A DNA stretch of 64,000 bases, from assembly GCA_973851085.1 (NCBI GenBank), contig OZ316776.1, positions 7,254,001 through 7,318,000 of the forward strand, written 5' to 3'. The notes beneath the pieces are model-generated. The model worked only from the letters and a program-made list of their open reading frames with translations, was not told the DNA's origin and made no database searches. The translations under genes were made by a program, and so were the position numbers. Positions 1-11,503 of the stretch are shown here, piece after piece (the first letter of the stretch is position 1; each line of letters opens with the position of its first letter). Source of the stretch: Ptychomitrium polyphyllum (Eukaryota).

Positions 1-783
1 GACTGTGATGTCGGTATAGTTGGGGGACATGGAGAGCGACCATGCAGAGCAGAGGTGACATGGGTGAATGAAGCGTGGTTCGGAATCTAGATGTTGTGGT
101 TTCTAGAATCGCAAAGTTTAGAGCTTGATAGAATTTGCTGAATAATAGTATCAGAGGTTCAGTACTAGAATTTTGGGTGGAGATTGGGCTTCTTCATCAC
201 TATCCGGAGTTCTAGATGTGGCCATGGCCATAGACTAGGGTGCAATTGGTCTTGGATTAGTGCTCTTCTCTTCTTGCTTGGTTTTTTGTATGGATGAGAT
301 GGAGAGACGTCTTTCGTCTTTATTCTGTTTTAGATTTTGTATAGGCCGGCAACTGAGATCGACCTCGGTTTTCTGCGTTTTGTGGTTCTGCTTCTCAAAT
401 GAATTTCATGAAAAGTATAAATCTTTGTCTGGGAAATCAATTCTCCCGGGCCCCTAACTGTTGGGTGATCGTGACGAAGTATTTGGTTAGGATAAATGAG
501 TTGAAGTTTAGGGAGCTTCCAGAATTTCCCCAGCGTGCTAGTGCTTGGGTTTAGGTCTATCATTTCTTATAACATGGTCCGCGGAATTTCCCACTAATTT
601 TTAGGAATGAGAGAAGGCATATGAAATCGTTGCATTGATTGAAGCAAACAGGGAAAGGTGTGATTTGATTTCAATGGTAATTTGCGTATCCCATTTGTGC
701 TGAGGTATTGCAGGAGGTTCTCTTATATTTACAAGCAGTCGTTTTCTTTGAATCTAGAGCTTTCCGAGGAATCCACAAAAACA

Positions 784-2147
784 ATGGGTGTCTCAGAGCC
801 CAGGCATTTTGTGCTGATCCACGGTGGAGGTTTGGGTGCGTGGTGTTGGTACAAAGTGGTTGACTTTCTAAGAAAGAAGGGACACAAGGCCACGGCCATC
901 GACCTCACAAGCTGCGGCAAAGATCACACTGACCCCAATACAGTGACCTCGTTTGTGGAATACAACCAGCCCCTTGTCGACTTTTTTGAGACTCTCTCTG
1001 AAAACGAGAAGGTTAGTATGACATTTTCGAATGCAATTTTTCTTTCTTTGTTTGCAGTGATATGTATTGACACCATCGTAGTATCTCTGCACGTTATATT
1101 GTATTCAAATTTTCCTCACGAAATAGCTTTGCACAAGCATATCAGCACACGGATGTAGTGCATTTGGTGTTTGTTATCTGTTGGACACATCTTCTGTATT
1201 TTGAAAGTACCTGCTGGGCACATTACATGTTTCAACTCCATTCGGCTAATTATTTCCTTCATCGGGTGCCAAATTGTGCACTCCACATTGTTTACATGAA
1301 TGTGACATCAAGTCTTCTAACGTGTCTGTGCAGGTTGTTCTAGTTGGCCACGATCTTGGAGGTCTGAGCGTGACTTATGCTATGGAGCACTTCCACCAGA
1401 ACATTTCAGCGAGTGTATTTCTTGCTGCTATGATGCTACCCAGCGGCTTCCCTCTTACTTTGGAGGTGCTTATTCTCCTCTTAACTTGAAATAACGTCTG
1501 ATGCATAATCACTTAGTTCTCAGCAGTTCCGCTAAGATTTTATAAGATTTCGCTTCGGTGTTTGTATGTGCTTTGATTGCAGCTGTTCGAGTTGGACCCA
1601 GAAGTTGGCAGCCATATTGAGTACACTTTTGGCGATGGAGTTCATGCTATGCCCACCGCATTGTATGTTTTGGAGAAAATGCAACCCCAGGTGTTCTATA
1701 ATATGTCTCCGTCCGAGGTAAGGCCCCATTCACATGCACTCTACCGCAAATGACTTTGACAGTTTACCAACTTTCAATGGTGGTGCTATCCTCATGTGCA
1801 TCACATGTTGATGTACTGAAGAGTACAAGTGTTGGTTCTGAAACTCTAGGCTTTTTTCGCAGGACATTGTGCTGGCGTCATTACTTTCAAAAGCTGTGCC
1901 CTTAAGGATGCTCAACGGTTCTTGCATTGATTATACTGAAGAAAAGTATGGCACCGTTCCCAAAGTGTACATTAAGACGATGCAGGACAAGATTTTCGCT
2001 GCTGATGCCCAAGAGGAGGCTTTCTTATCTGACCCAGAATGTGTCCCCTCAGAGATCCGAGAATTTGATTCCGACCACAGCCCCTTCTTTTCTAAACCTG
2101 TCGAGTTGATTGAGCTTCTTGAGGATATTGCTTCCACCTATGCTTGA
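784..2147 (+). CDS. Methylesterase (MES/SABP2-family alpha/beta-hydrolase), Asp-nucleophile type, 4 exons, ~259 aa
   Basis: Exons 784-1011, 1334-1465, 1583-1717 and 1863-2147 have GT-AG boundaries and join in frame. Motifs: HFVLIHGGGLGAWCWYK, VLVGHDLGG, KVYIKTMQD, DSDHSPFFSKP. An additional upstream exon cannot be excluded. Confidence 0.93.
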
Positions 2148-5100
2148 TGTGTTTAACCGTAAGTGCTCATTAACTCTGTATCGTTTGTGATTCAGTACCA
2201 TTATTGGACTCGTGAAGGCGTAAGAGCATTGCATGTTGGTGCTCTGATCTAAAGTTAACAAAGTGTAGGTAATTGCCGAGTGTTGGTTAAGGTTTCCTAT
2301 TCTCAGGTGATGATCAAGGGGTTCTTTAAATGGTAGGGGCTTCTTTTATATAGCTCTCTCTTTCTGCGTCTCTATCTCTATCTGTGTGCTTAAGTAGGTC
2401 ATACTGCTGTGTGTTGTACTGTTATCAACTGGATTGGAACAATGAAGTTGAAATTTTGGACAAGGATGATTGTGGACTAGATCCTTGTAAAGCTTTGTCC
2501 CAGACTATGAGACTGTCATCAATAAAGGTTTTCTTATTGTTCTAATACCTCATTTTTTATATACATTCACTTCAGAAACTCCTGATTCACATGAAGCATG
2601 CTTTGGCCTCCTACTTTCTTTGTTCTGAAACTGATACACTTTCTTCACAATGAGTGCCCATAAGTTGTCCGGTATTGTCATTTGTTTCTACGCTGGCTGA
2701 GCAGTAAGTTCAATGATGGGCGGCCTCGGACAAAATGAGTGGAACTGGCTGTGAATGTGATAGAATCAGAATCCATTTTAATGGAATAGTCCAAAGCTTT
2801 TGAATAGTATGATACAATAGGCTTCAGCAACTTGGGTCCTGAACTGAAACTGAAGAAATTAGTGGGAACCTTTTCAGCGTAGTATATACTGTAGACATAA
2901 ACCTATGATGCTTGCAGAATGCACCTGAGCGATCTGTCAAACCATGATACCAACTGACCTTACCGATGCATCACCTGGGCATCAGCTGAATATTCCAAGG
3001 TGTTTGAGTCAGGTGATGAGCATGAGGGCAGTAGACTTGGCTGCCATCTGATTCTTAAATGATGTAAGCTACTGGATTACGTGGCCCAGAGGGCTTGCAA
3101 CAGAAGATTTCATACCGTGACAGTCTGAGTGAGGATTAAGAAGTCAGGACTCAAAGGCAAGTGGAGGTCATTTAGTCGTATGTACTGTAACTGAAGGTTG
3201 CAAGGGACACAATTCTAGAAGAGAAATGGCGATGAAGTGTAGATTTAGGTGAGTGTACATTGCTATAAAGGGCCATCCTACGCCCTGTTACTGTTCTTAA
3301 ATATAATATAATACCCTGCAAATTCCAAAGTCTTACAATGAATATGCAAGTAAGTATTGGAGCCAAAAGCATTTTCATATTTTTTTAATCCCTATTTTTG
3401 TTTCTGAAAGGTGAACTTTGCCTCAACTTTGACTTTGTTTGGCTTTATAAAAGTGCATTTTCTATTGCTTTTAAAATAGAGGCAAGTAGGTCCTTCCCAA
3501 TTTGTGTTAGGATTTTTGGAAAGATATTTAGTTTGAGATAAGATAGACACTTAGTGAAAAAATGTTACTTATATTTAGGTATTTATAGTGTTACTCAAGG
3601 TTTCCTTGCATAATTTGAAAATAGAAAGACCTTTTCAATGGAAACACTTTAAAGTGAAGAATCCATGTCTTCTCATTTAACATAGTACATTAGAACATGT
3701 GATCACTAGTAATCTATGACTAACTTATAATTGCAACGTTTGAAATGATTACAATGAGTACATTCATAAAGAAGTGATTAAAAATGATTGAGTAAAAAAT
3801 CACTATTACTAAGTGGGATATCAAACCGGATTCACTTTGTGCACAAGTACTTTTTCATATTTTCATATTTATATTTACATAACTGCAGATTTGTGTTGAT
3901 GACATGCATGTATTGTTTTCTGGTTTGATTGTAGTGGGTCACAGTGATTTCTCACCAGGCTACCTGAATTCCATCCCACACTATATATATATATATACAC
4001 ATGTATGTGTCAAATGTGCCACTTTGTATTTGAGAATGATGCAAATTGCAACCAAACTTTTGTCAGTCTCTCAAACTAAGCCATGTACAATTTCTGTTCC
4101 TTCCAAAGGTTCACATGATAACTATTGAACTGCTACGAAGTAGACAGCAGAAGATGGACTTCTTTGAAGCCTGCCATAGAGTGATCTCATCTAACCGAGA
4201 TGAAGTTCCAATCCTCTCGATCAAACCTGAAAGCCTGAGCAGGCTGAACACGGGGAACTTTCCTCATGAGTGACCAGGTTTAACCTCTAAGAATTAGAGA
4301 TTTGGAATCCACTGCTGTAATTTGTAAATATCCTCTCAATATGAGAAGGAAAGTGGATTGGCGGATTCACTCGAGAGAGCCAAGTTTGTAAGATTAGTAT
4401 TGTTGTATGAATTGTGCTGTATTCTTGGTGCAGAAAAACTAACTCTATGCAGATTTGTGACCAACAAAGAACCGTGCAATTACTGTGCAACGGCCAGTCT
4501 GGTATTTTGGTACTGGAACCAATAGCAAGTGCACAACTTGAGTATTTTCAGAGCATGTAATTTATATCTTCGAATTTCTGGATTTCTTATGAAAGGCCTA
4601 AAATGTGCTTCATTATAAAGTTTCCTAGCATCTAGTGATTGTGATCCTCAATAATTGCACGGTTTTGTACTTCCACGAGTACCTGTAATGGATGTTGGCG
4701 CCATGCAAAAATTTGTTTTTATAAGACAAAGACTACATTTAAAAGTCTAAACTTGCTAAAATTAGCTCCGTAGATTTGGGGACCATATCTGCGATGCAAA
4801 TGAACCCTGAGCAGTCAGTACCTACTACTGTGCAGTGACATAATGTGTCTTATAATTTGAGTAAAATACCCTGCAAACTGTAACTTTAAATGTACACACG
4901 GAACAGAGAACACCGGAGCTGGATACACCCAGCAAAACGTAGTTGAGTATTGCTATGCAACTGTGTCAGTTCTAATCTCTTATCTACGCACCAGGGGTGA
5001 GTTTAGCAGACATGGCGAACAATTAATACTTTCTCTATCAGTGATAATGGATCATAAGTTATTTGTCCCCTGCAGAATGCCTTCGAGCCTGCAGGGCCCC

Positions 5101-5282
5101 TATCCTTCGTTCAGTGCCATTCTTGTCTCAAGTCTTTGCCTTCAATTCTTCTACTGTTCGTCACATGGTAGAGCAGCCCAATGAGGTTCATTGAGTGGAT
5201 GGTTTCTCAGTCATCACTGCTATAGACCGTAGGGGACGTTACGACACTCGTCAGAAAACAGATAACATGCATTGGGGAAAAT

Positions 5283-5346
5283 CTCCTTGTGAGTTGTAGA
5301 AGTTCTAGAAACTCCTTGTGAGTTGTAGACGTTCTAGAAACTCCTT
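5283..5346. repeat. 29-bp tandem duplication (CTCCTTGTGAGTTGTAGAAGTTCTAGAAA x2 plus partial)
   Basis: Read directly; the two copies differ at one base. Confidence 0.85.
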
Positions 5347-5372
5347 ATTGTTTGTGTCTCATTCTGCCTACG

Positions 5373-5547
5373 AGAGTAGAATACGAGGAGTAAAATACGG
5401 TGAGTAAATATGAGGAGTAACATACGGTGAGTAAAATATCAGGAGTAACATACGGTGAGTAAAATATCAGGAGTAACATACGGTGAGTAAAATATCAGGA
5501 GTAACATACGGTGAGTAAAATATCAGGAGTAACATACAGTGAGTAAA
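5373..5547. repeat. Minisatellite with 28-bp unit GGAGTAACATACGGTGAGTAAAATATCA, itself two 14-bp GAGTAA-cored subunits
   Basis: Units start at 5414, 5442, 5470, 5498 and 5526 (28-bp period; the last is partial). Degenerate 14-mers lie upstream from ~5373. Confidence 0.93.
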
Positions 5548-5949
5548 TTTTTTTGGCTTTGTATTAACAACAATTGGAATTACTTCAATTGGAATTACTT
5601 TAAGAGCAATTATAGACCGTAATCATGTACAAGAGAACATACAAAAGCAAATATAAGTAGTATTAGAGGCGTTGTTAGTAGAGGAGTAGCCATACATGTT
5701 CATCCAAATATTGTAGCAACATCTTTTTTAATGTCTATTTAAAAGATGTATGTGTACTATTAGAGGTAGATGAGCAAAAAATAACACAGTGAAAGTAGGT
5801 TCTTGCGGTGAGAGAAATTACAAATTAGACAAAGTTGTTGAAAATATTTCCAACATCAACTTAGCAACAACATTTTTAAAGTGTTTTTTTAAAGATGCTA
5901 GGAAGCAATTTAATGGTAGGAATGTAAGTAACATTCATGTGTATTAATC

Positions 5950-7075
5950 TCTATAATTATTGCATCATTGATTAATATCTTTTGATATGTTTAATTTTAA
6001 ATTCAAAAGTAATTTAATTGGTTCGAATGAAAGTAAATTCTTCTCAAAACCATAGAACCAAGATGCAATTCAAGAATAATTGCTTTATTTTATAGTTGCT
6101 TATAATTTGTAGAATTGAAGAGATTTAAATCCTAATGGTGAGAGCATTTAATGTGGATCTAAGAGGATGTAATTTCTATATGCATAAGACTCTATTTGCT
6201 AAAAAACTTGAATTTTAGGAATTCAAATGTGCTATTGTTGTCCTATGTAGCAATGACATGGACATATTCTATATACAAGAATGGAAGTGAATTGAACATT
6301 ACCACTCTTTATATTTCATTTATAATTGACATGCTTGTGTTATTTAGTTCTTTCATTAATTTTTAATGGTGCAAGTATGTAAGTCCATATTATTGTTTTC
6401 TTCCACGCTTTACATATTGAATCTTATTCATAATATGAGCTTTTGGAATAAACTAGATGATGCATAGCAAACCTTCAATTCTTCTCAATTTTTTTCTTAA
6501 TCTATTTTTTATCTATAGTGTAATTATGTTAGTCTTAATTACCAAGTAAATTTAATATAAAATAATCCAAGAGCAATAATTGGCAAATTCACAAAGTTTA
6601 TAATACTCTAATTCAACAAATATTCTTCTTTTGGAAGATGTTGGTACAATGCTAGAGCTAGATAGATTTTTTTAAGATGTAATTTCTAATTTTTTTTTTT
6701 TTTTTTGCTTTCTCTTGAAGTGTACAAGGGCTCTTCTACTATTTTCATATAATTGTTGCTTACTAACATTCTCCACTCAAAAGAGTAGTATGGCTATTAA
6801 GGTAAGAAAAATATGAAGATTATGAATTACTTCTCTTCATGTGAAAACAAGAGCAACTTCTCTAGATAATTTAACAACCTTCTAATCTCTCTTGCAAGAC
6901 TCTTTGCTAGGCTCCTGATTCCATCATCCCCATCTTAGATCTGCAGGTTGGAATACTTGCTCTAATACCATGTAAGAGTAAGTGAAGTGTGTCCAAATAG
7001 ATAAAAGAGAACATGCAAGAACGTAAACAAGTAGTCAGTAACCAAGTGAGAGAACGGTAATCTAAGAGGGGTTGC
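5950..7075 (-). mobile_element. Highly decayed Ty1/copia-like LTR retrotransposon relic (LTR end, tRNA-Met PBS, gag remnants)
   Basis: The minus strand reads ...TACA TGGTATTAGAGC at 6959-6974 (LTR end plus PBS). Frameshifted minus-strand fragments VEENNNMDLH / LMKELNN / VVMFNSLPFLY resemble Copia gag, and RRIYFHSNQLNYF resembles a decayed CCHC knuckle. Boundaries are approximate. Confidence 0.5.
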
Positions 7076-8325
7076 CACTGGAGGCGCTGTCCGACATGCT
7101 AATCCTAAAACTTGTAGCAATAGTTGCTCATTTCACCTCCTTACAGGAATCTATGACGGATGACAATGTCGTGTACACTCTGCCACCGCGGTCTCTACTG
7201 CTGTCTCTTGCGGTGTCTGTTCTGCTTTGCCTAGCGGCGAAGGCAGTTTCCAGGGTGACTTCCTCGGCAATTCATCATTTGCATCGTATGCACTTCATCA
7301 TTTGGATCCATCATTGCATTCAAAAACATGATCGACCCCTCAGCTTGTGGCTGCTAGCCGGCTCACGCTGGCTCAAGTTCAGCGGGATGCATGATTAGGT
7401 CGTGAACATTTTTCCACATCACGCCGTCCCAGTTGATTAATAAGTCTAATATCGGAGCTTTCTCTGTACTGTATTATTAAAACTAGTGAAGTTCAGCGCA
7501 TAAATACGTACAGGAGAGTTAGCTAGTGCATTTCTCAATTAAATTTACGGTCAGAACAACTCTTGACAAGTGTACAGTTTAAGGTACATGATATGAAATA
7601 ATAGTTTCTGTGCCAAAATTTTAAAATGCTTTTGCCACGCGTTGGCCCATGTATCCGAGTTGACATTGTCGGTTAAGGAAAGGGGAGTGTCAGTAGTGCT
7701 CCGCGTTCATCAGTGGACTTTGGATTTACTCTTCAACGTGATTCTTTGTTTTCCTCTAGACTCTAGAGTATACCAAAGGTCGACGCTACATGCCACTGTG
7801 AGTATAAGTATATTGAGCATCAAGCTCTTCTCAAGCCGTTGGTCTAGGGAGTGGAGCTGATTGCAAGGTAAAGTTCAAGGAACTTTTTGTGAAGGATCCA
7901 TGATACATGCATGTGCAGGCAGCAGCTTAGATTTGAAAGCGACATATAATGCAGTTCCGAACTGCAGGCTTTCGAAGACCCACTCCTTGCAAGACCTGCA
8001 TCGGAGCGGTCACTTCCTCTACCCTCTCACGCTGCAGGCCTTGATGAGCTGATCTGCCCTGACAGTGAACGGCCAGTGCCTCCACTGAGTACGCCAGGTC
8101 CTCAGCTCTTGAAGACGTCATCCTCTTTCTGACCCTTGAGCATCGTGACTCGGACGTGCTTTAGTTTTGAGCCTACTCTCAGTAGCTCCCGGAGTAGCTG
8201 TAAAGGAGGTTGAGGTTTTGGGTCACGGCTGCATTGCTGAGGGTCTGGTTCTTCGAAGATCTTGAGTTATTTTAGTCTAGAAAAACAATACTGTTTAGAT
8301 TTGAAGAAGAATTGGGGTGGATGCC

Positions 8326-10712
8326 ATGACTTCAGCTGTACCTTTGATGGCAAGCTTTGCAGAGCTACAGCAGCCGTCCTCAGGGGAGCCTCTCGAGCTG
8401 GACAAGGAAGGTGTCAGGCGACGGCAGGTGGGATCTCCGGAAGCTGCAATATCCGCAGCTTCATCTGAGACGGGTAGGAAAGTGTTAGAAGTTGGAATAG
8501 CTGGGAATCAGCTGCTGAGCATGGTGGAGGTCAGCAAGCATCAGAGCCAGGGCGATGCGTGGGTGGTAGTGGACGGCGTTGTGTATGATATCTCCCAATT
8601 CGTGGACACTCACCCTGGTGGTGTAGAGGTCAGATTTAATTTCCCTGGATGTCCAGCTTAGTGCTTTTCTTCCGGTCAACTCTAGTCACAACACCTAAAA
8701 ACATGTGCCAAAGGTCAATTATCTGATGGAAACGTTCAACCCTGCTGCTGCATGTATGCAGGTCATTCTAGAGCATTTGCATTCGAAAGACATTGGGAAG
8801 CTGATGCGCGGCGAAGAAGGTGACTCTTCTGAATCTCACTCTCACAGCAAGTACGCATTTCGCTTGCTTCAGCAGTTTCGCGTTGGCCCTGTCACTAAAT
8901 ATCAGAGGTACAGTTAAAATGAAGCTGGACGCTTCATCTCAACTCTTGTAGTACTGAGTACCAGCAGTAACTACCAAAATAAATTATATAAATTAAAGCG
9001 ACCCCTTTGAAGTCATGTTCAAATTAACTGCTTTGAGTGCTGGACGTGGCCAGGTACTCAGCTGCTTGCTTGTAATTTTAGCCTGACACGTTCTAATGGT
9101 TGGTGTTGGTTGCAGTAACGAGGACGAAGCAAAGGTGAGCAATAAAGGCGAAGAGAATAGATACACAGTGGATCTCAACAAGCCCCTCGTCTTTCAGGTA
9201 GCTCTTCATCAGTTAATGTTTTCATAATTCTTGATCCGACGATCATTACAGAACCTTTAGATGGTGATGATGGTAGTGAAGCTCCTTACAAAAACAAAAT
9301 CCTTCACTTCTTGATCACCCCTGCAATTTACAGTGTCTACAGATCATAAAGTTTCTGTATTAGGATATAGGGTTAATATTACAAGGATAATGTTGTTTAT
9401 AGGGTACTCTGCGGTGATATAATATGTACTCTGCAATACAGGTGGGGAATCTGGGTGCTGGTTATGATCGGTGGGTGCACGACCCTATAGTGCAGAAGGA
9501 ACCCCCTCGATTCTTCGAAAATGACATAGCTGAGGTGAAGTATCGTTCCCAAGGGATCAGGAAACTCCTATTACGTTCTACACTTCTAGCGGCACAATGT
9601 TGATAATATCTTTGGAAGAGAACAAGTCGTGGATCATGTTGGAAGTCCTTAGTATTTTGGTCTTCACGCTCTGGGGATAAATTATTGAACATGAAACCGG
9701 CGTTGTCTTGCAGTTTTTCACGAAAACAGCGTGGTGGATCATCCCAGCAGTGTGGGGACCCCTGGTGATATACATGGCCATGGCAGCCCACAAACAGGGG
9801 GTATGGTTGTCTGCTATGCCATTCACCATGGCCGCTGGAGGATTCATCTGGACCTTCATTGAGTACTTACTGCACCGCTACATATTTCACATGAAAACCT
9901 CAGGCTATTGGTGAGTCTAGCTTCATATACAAAAATACAAGAAATAAAATAATTAAATGTTGTTGATGTTAACCGTTACCACCAATTAAGGAATCTGAAA
10001 ATTGAACCGTATCGTCTCACAGTTGCGTATGGCAAGGGCCCGTATTCATTTGCTTGATTACTTATTTTGTGTGCCAGGTCAAACACTGCGCATTACTTTC
10101 TCCATGGATTTCATCACAAGCATCCAATGGACGGAACGCGCCTTGTGTTTCCTCCTGCCGTTACTGGCATTATTATTTGCATTGTAAGCTTCCCCGTTCA
10201 AACTTCTTAGAAGTTAGCAAGTAATATGCACATAGAGTTCTTTCCTGGTTTTATTTTAAAAGTTATTTTTAAGATAGTTGATCTAAGTCTAAAGACGTGT
10301 TGGGAGTTCTGTTTGCAGTTCTGGTACTTAACGGAGCCAATTGGTTGGGTTCTTACGAGACCTATCAAAATGAGCATGTTTAGTGGTGGAGTTCTCATGT
10401 ATGTGGCCTATGATCTCACCCACTACTTTCTTCACTTCGGCACACCTTACAACGAAATGTCACGCATGATGAAGGTATGTGAGCACCAAATCACTAGGAT
10501 TAAATACAGCGTCTGAAACCATCTTGAGTTCAAGTTTCTCACTGGAATATTTGAACTTTGCATCTGATCTAATTGTTTCTGTGCAGAGATTCCACTTGAA
10601 TCACCACTTCAGGGAGCAATCCACTCTCTATGGTGTCACTACACCTTTCTGGGACACAGTCTTTGGCACAGTTCCTCAATATGCGAATAGTATATTGGGT
10701 ACTCAAGAGTGA
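8326..10712 (+). CDS. FAH: Sphingolipid fatty-acid 2-hydroxylase with fused N-terminal cytochrome b5 domain (FAH/SCS7/FA2H type), 8 exons, ~402 aa
   Basis: Exons 8326-8628, 8762-8907, 9116-9197, 9442-9534, 9714-9910, 10078-10183, 10319-10474 and 10587-10712 total 1209 nt in frame. Cytochrome b5 motif DAWVVVDGVVYDISQFVDTHPGG. Hydroxylase motifs VDLNKPLVFQVG, EYLLHRYIFH, LHGFHHKHPMD, YDLTHYFLH, HLNHHF. Confidence 0.95.
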
Positions 10713-11503
10713 AATAAGATCTTGTGGTCATCTTTATTAGCAGTACTACATGTTGCGCTCAGCTGCCATTCCAAGGTTCCCTCCTTTGAGACCTCTCCGA
10801 CTAGATGCTAGATGAAGTCCACAACGGTGCGGACCTTCAAATGCCAGTTTAGCCTTGTACTATTTCTGGTATTACAACAAACGGCCCTCAAGATGTACTC
10901 AATCCAGGGCTACTTTGTGTCCTTGCAAGGCAATATAAATTAATGCCAAAGTTCAATTCTTTGTACATTAGGAAGCTGTATCTTCTAAATTGTTGTGGAC
11001 AAGATAATATTAAGAAATAGAATTTCTCAGTTAAGTAGCTCATTGAAGTTAACTATTCAAATCATTCAACCCTTATTCTTGGACAGTCTTACTTTCTAGT
11101 GTTACTACATGCTACATAAATGAGAGAACTTCTGTCAGGGAGGCAACAGTGTCGACTTCCAGTTGACCTACCATCCACTGCTACAGCTAAAAGTGACAGG
11201 AACATCCTCTCAGAACCTAGTCTAGGATTTTAGGAAAATAAATGTTCCATGCAGTAGACGTTTCCACTGAATCGGGTTACAACACCTTTCTCTGACAGCA
11301 ACCGAACGCGTCACTAAGCGCTTGCACCGCCATGGTGTAAGAGAAAAGAGTCCAGATGTCAAGACTTGACATATTTTGAATTGGCAGATGTCTCAGCTCC
11401 AGAGACATGTTTTTCTCCCACTATTGTTGCTCTCGATATGTGAATACAAGAATGATGCGTAGTAACTGTTGAACTAGTAATATAAACAGATCCTAGTGAC
11501 TGG

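Noticed and set aside
1..600. Possible 5' end of a minus-strand gene at the window edge
   Set aside because: Only short ATG ORFs with no recognisable protein; cannot be supported from this window.
5414..5547. 28-bp repeats resembling a CRISPR array
   Set aside because: Units are directly adjacent with no unique spacers, there are no cas genes, and the context is eukaryotic.
7455..7520. Imperfect hairpin (TCTCTGTACTGTATT ... AATACGTACAGGAGA) as a miRNA precursor
   Set aside because: The stem is short and bulged, and I recognise no miRNA sequence.
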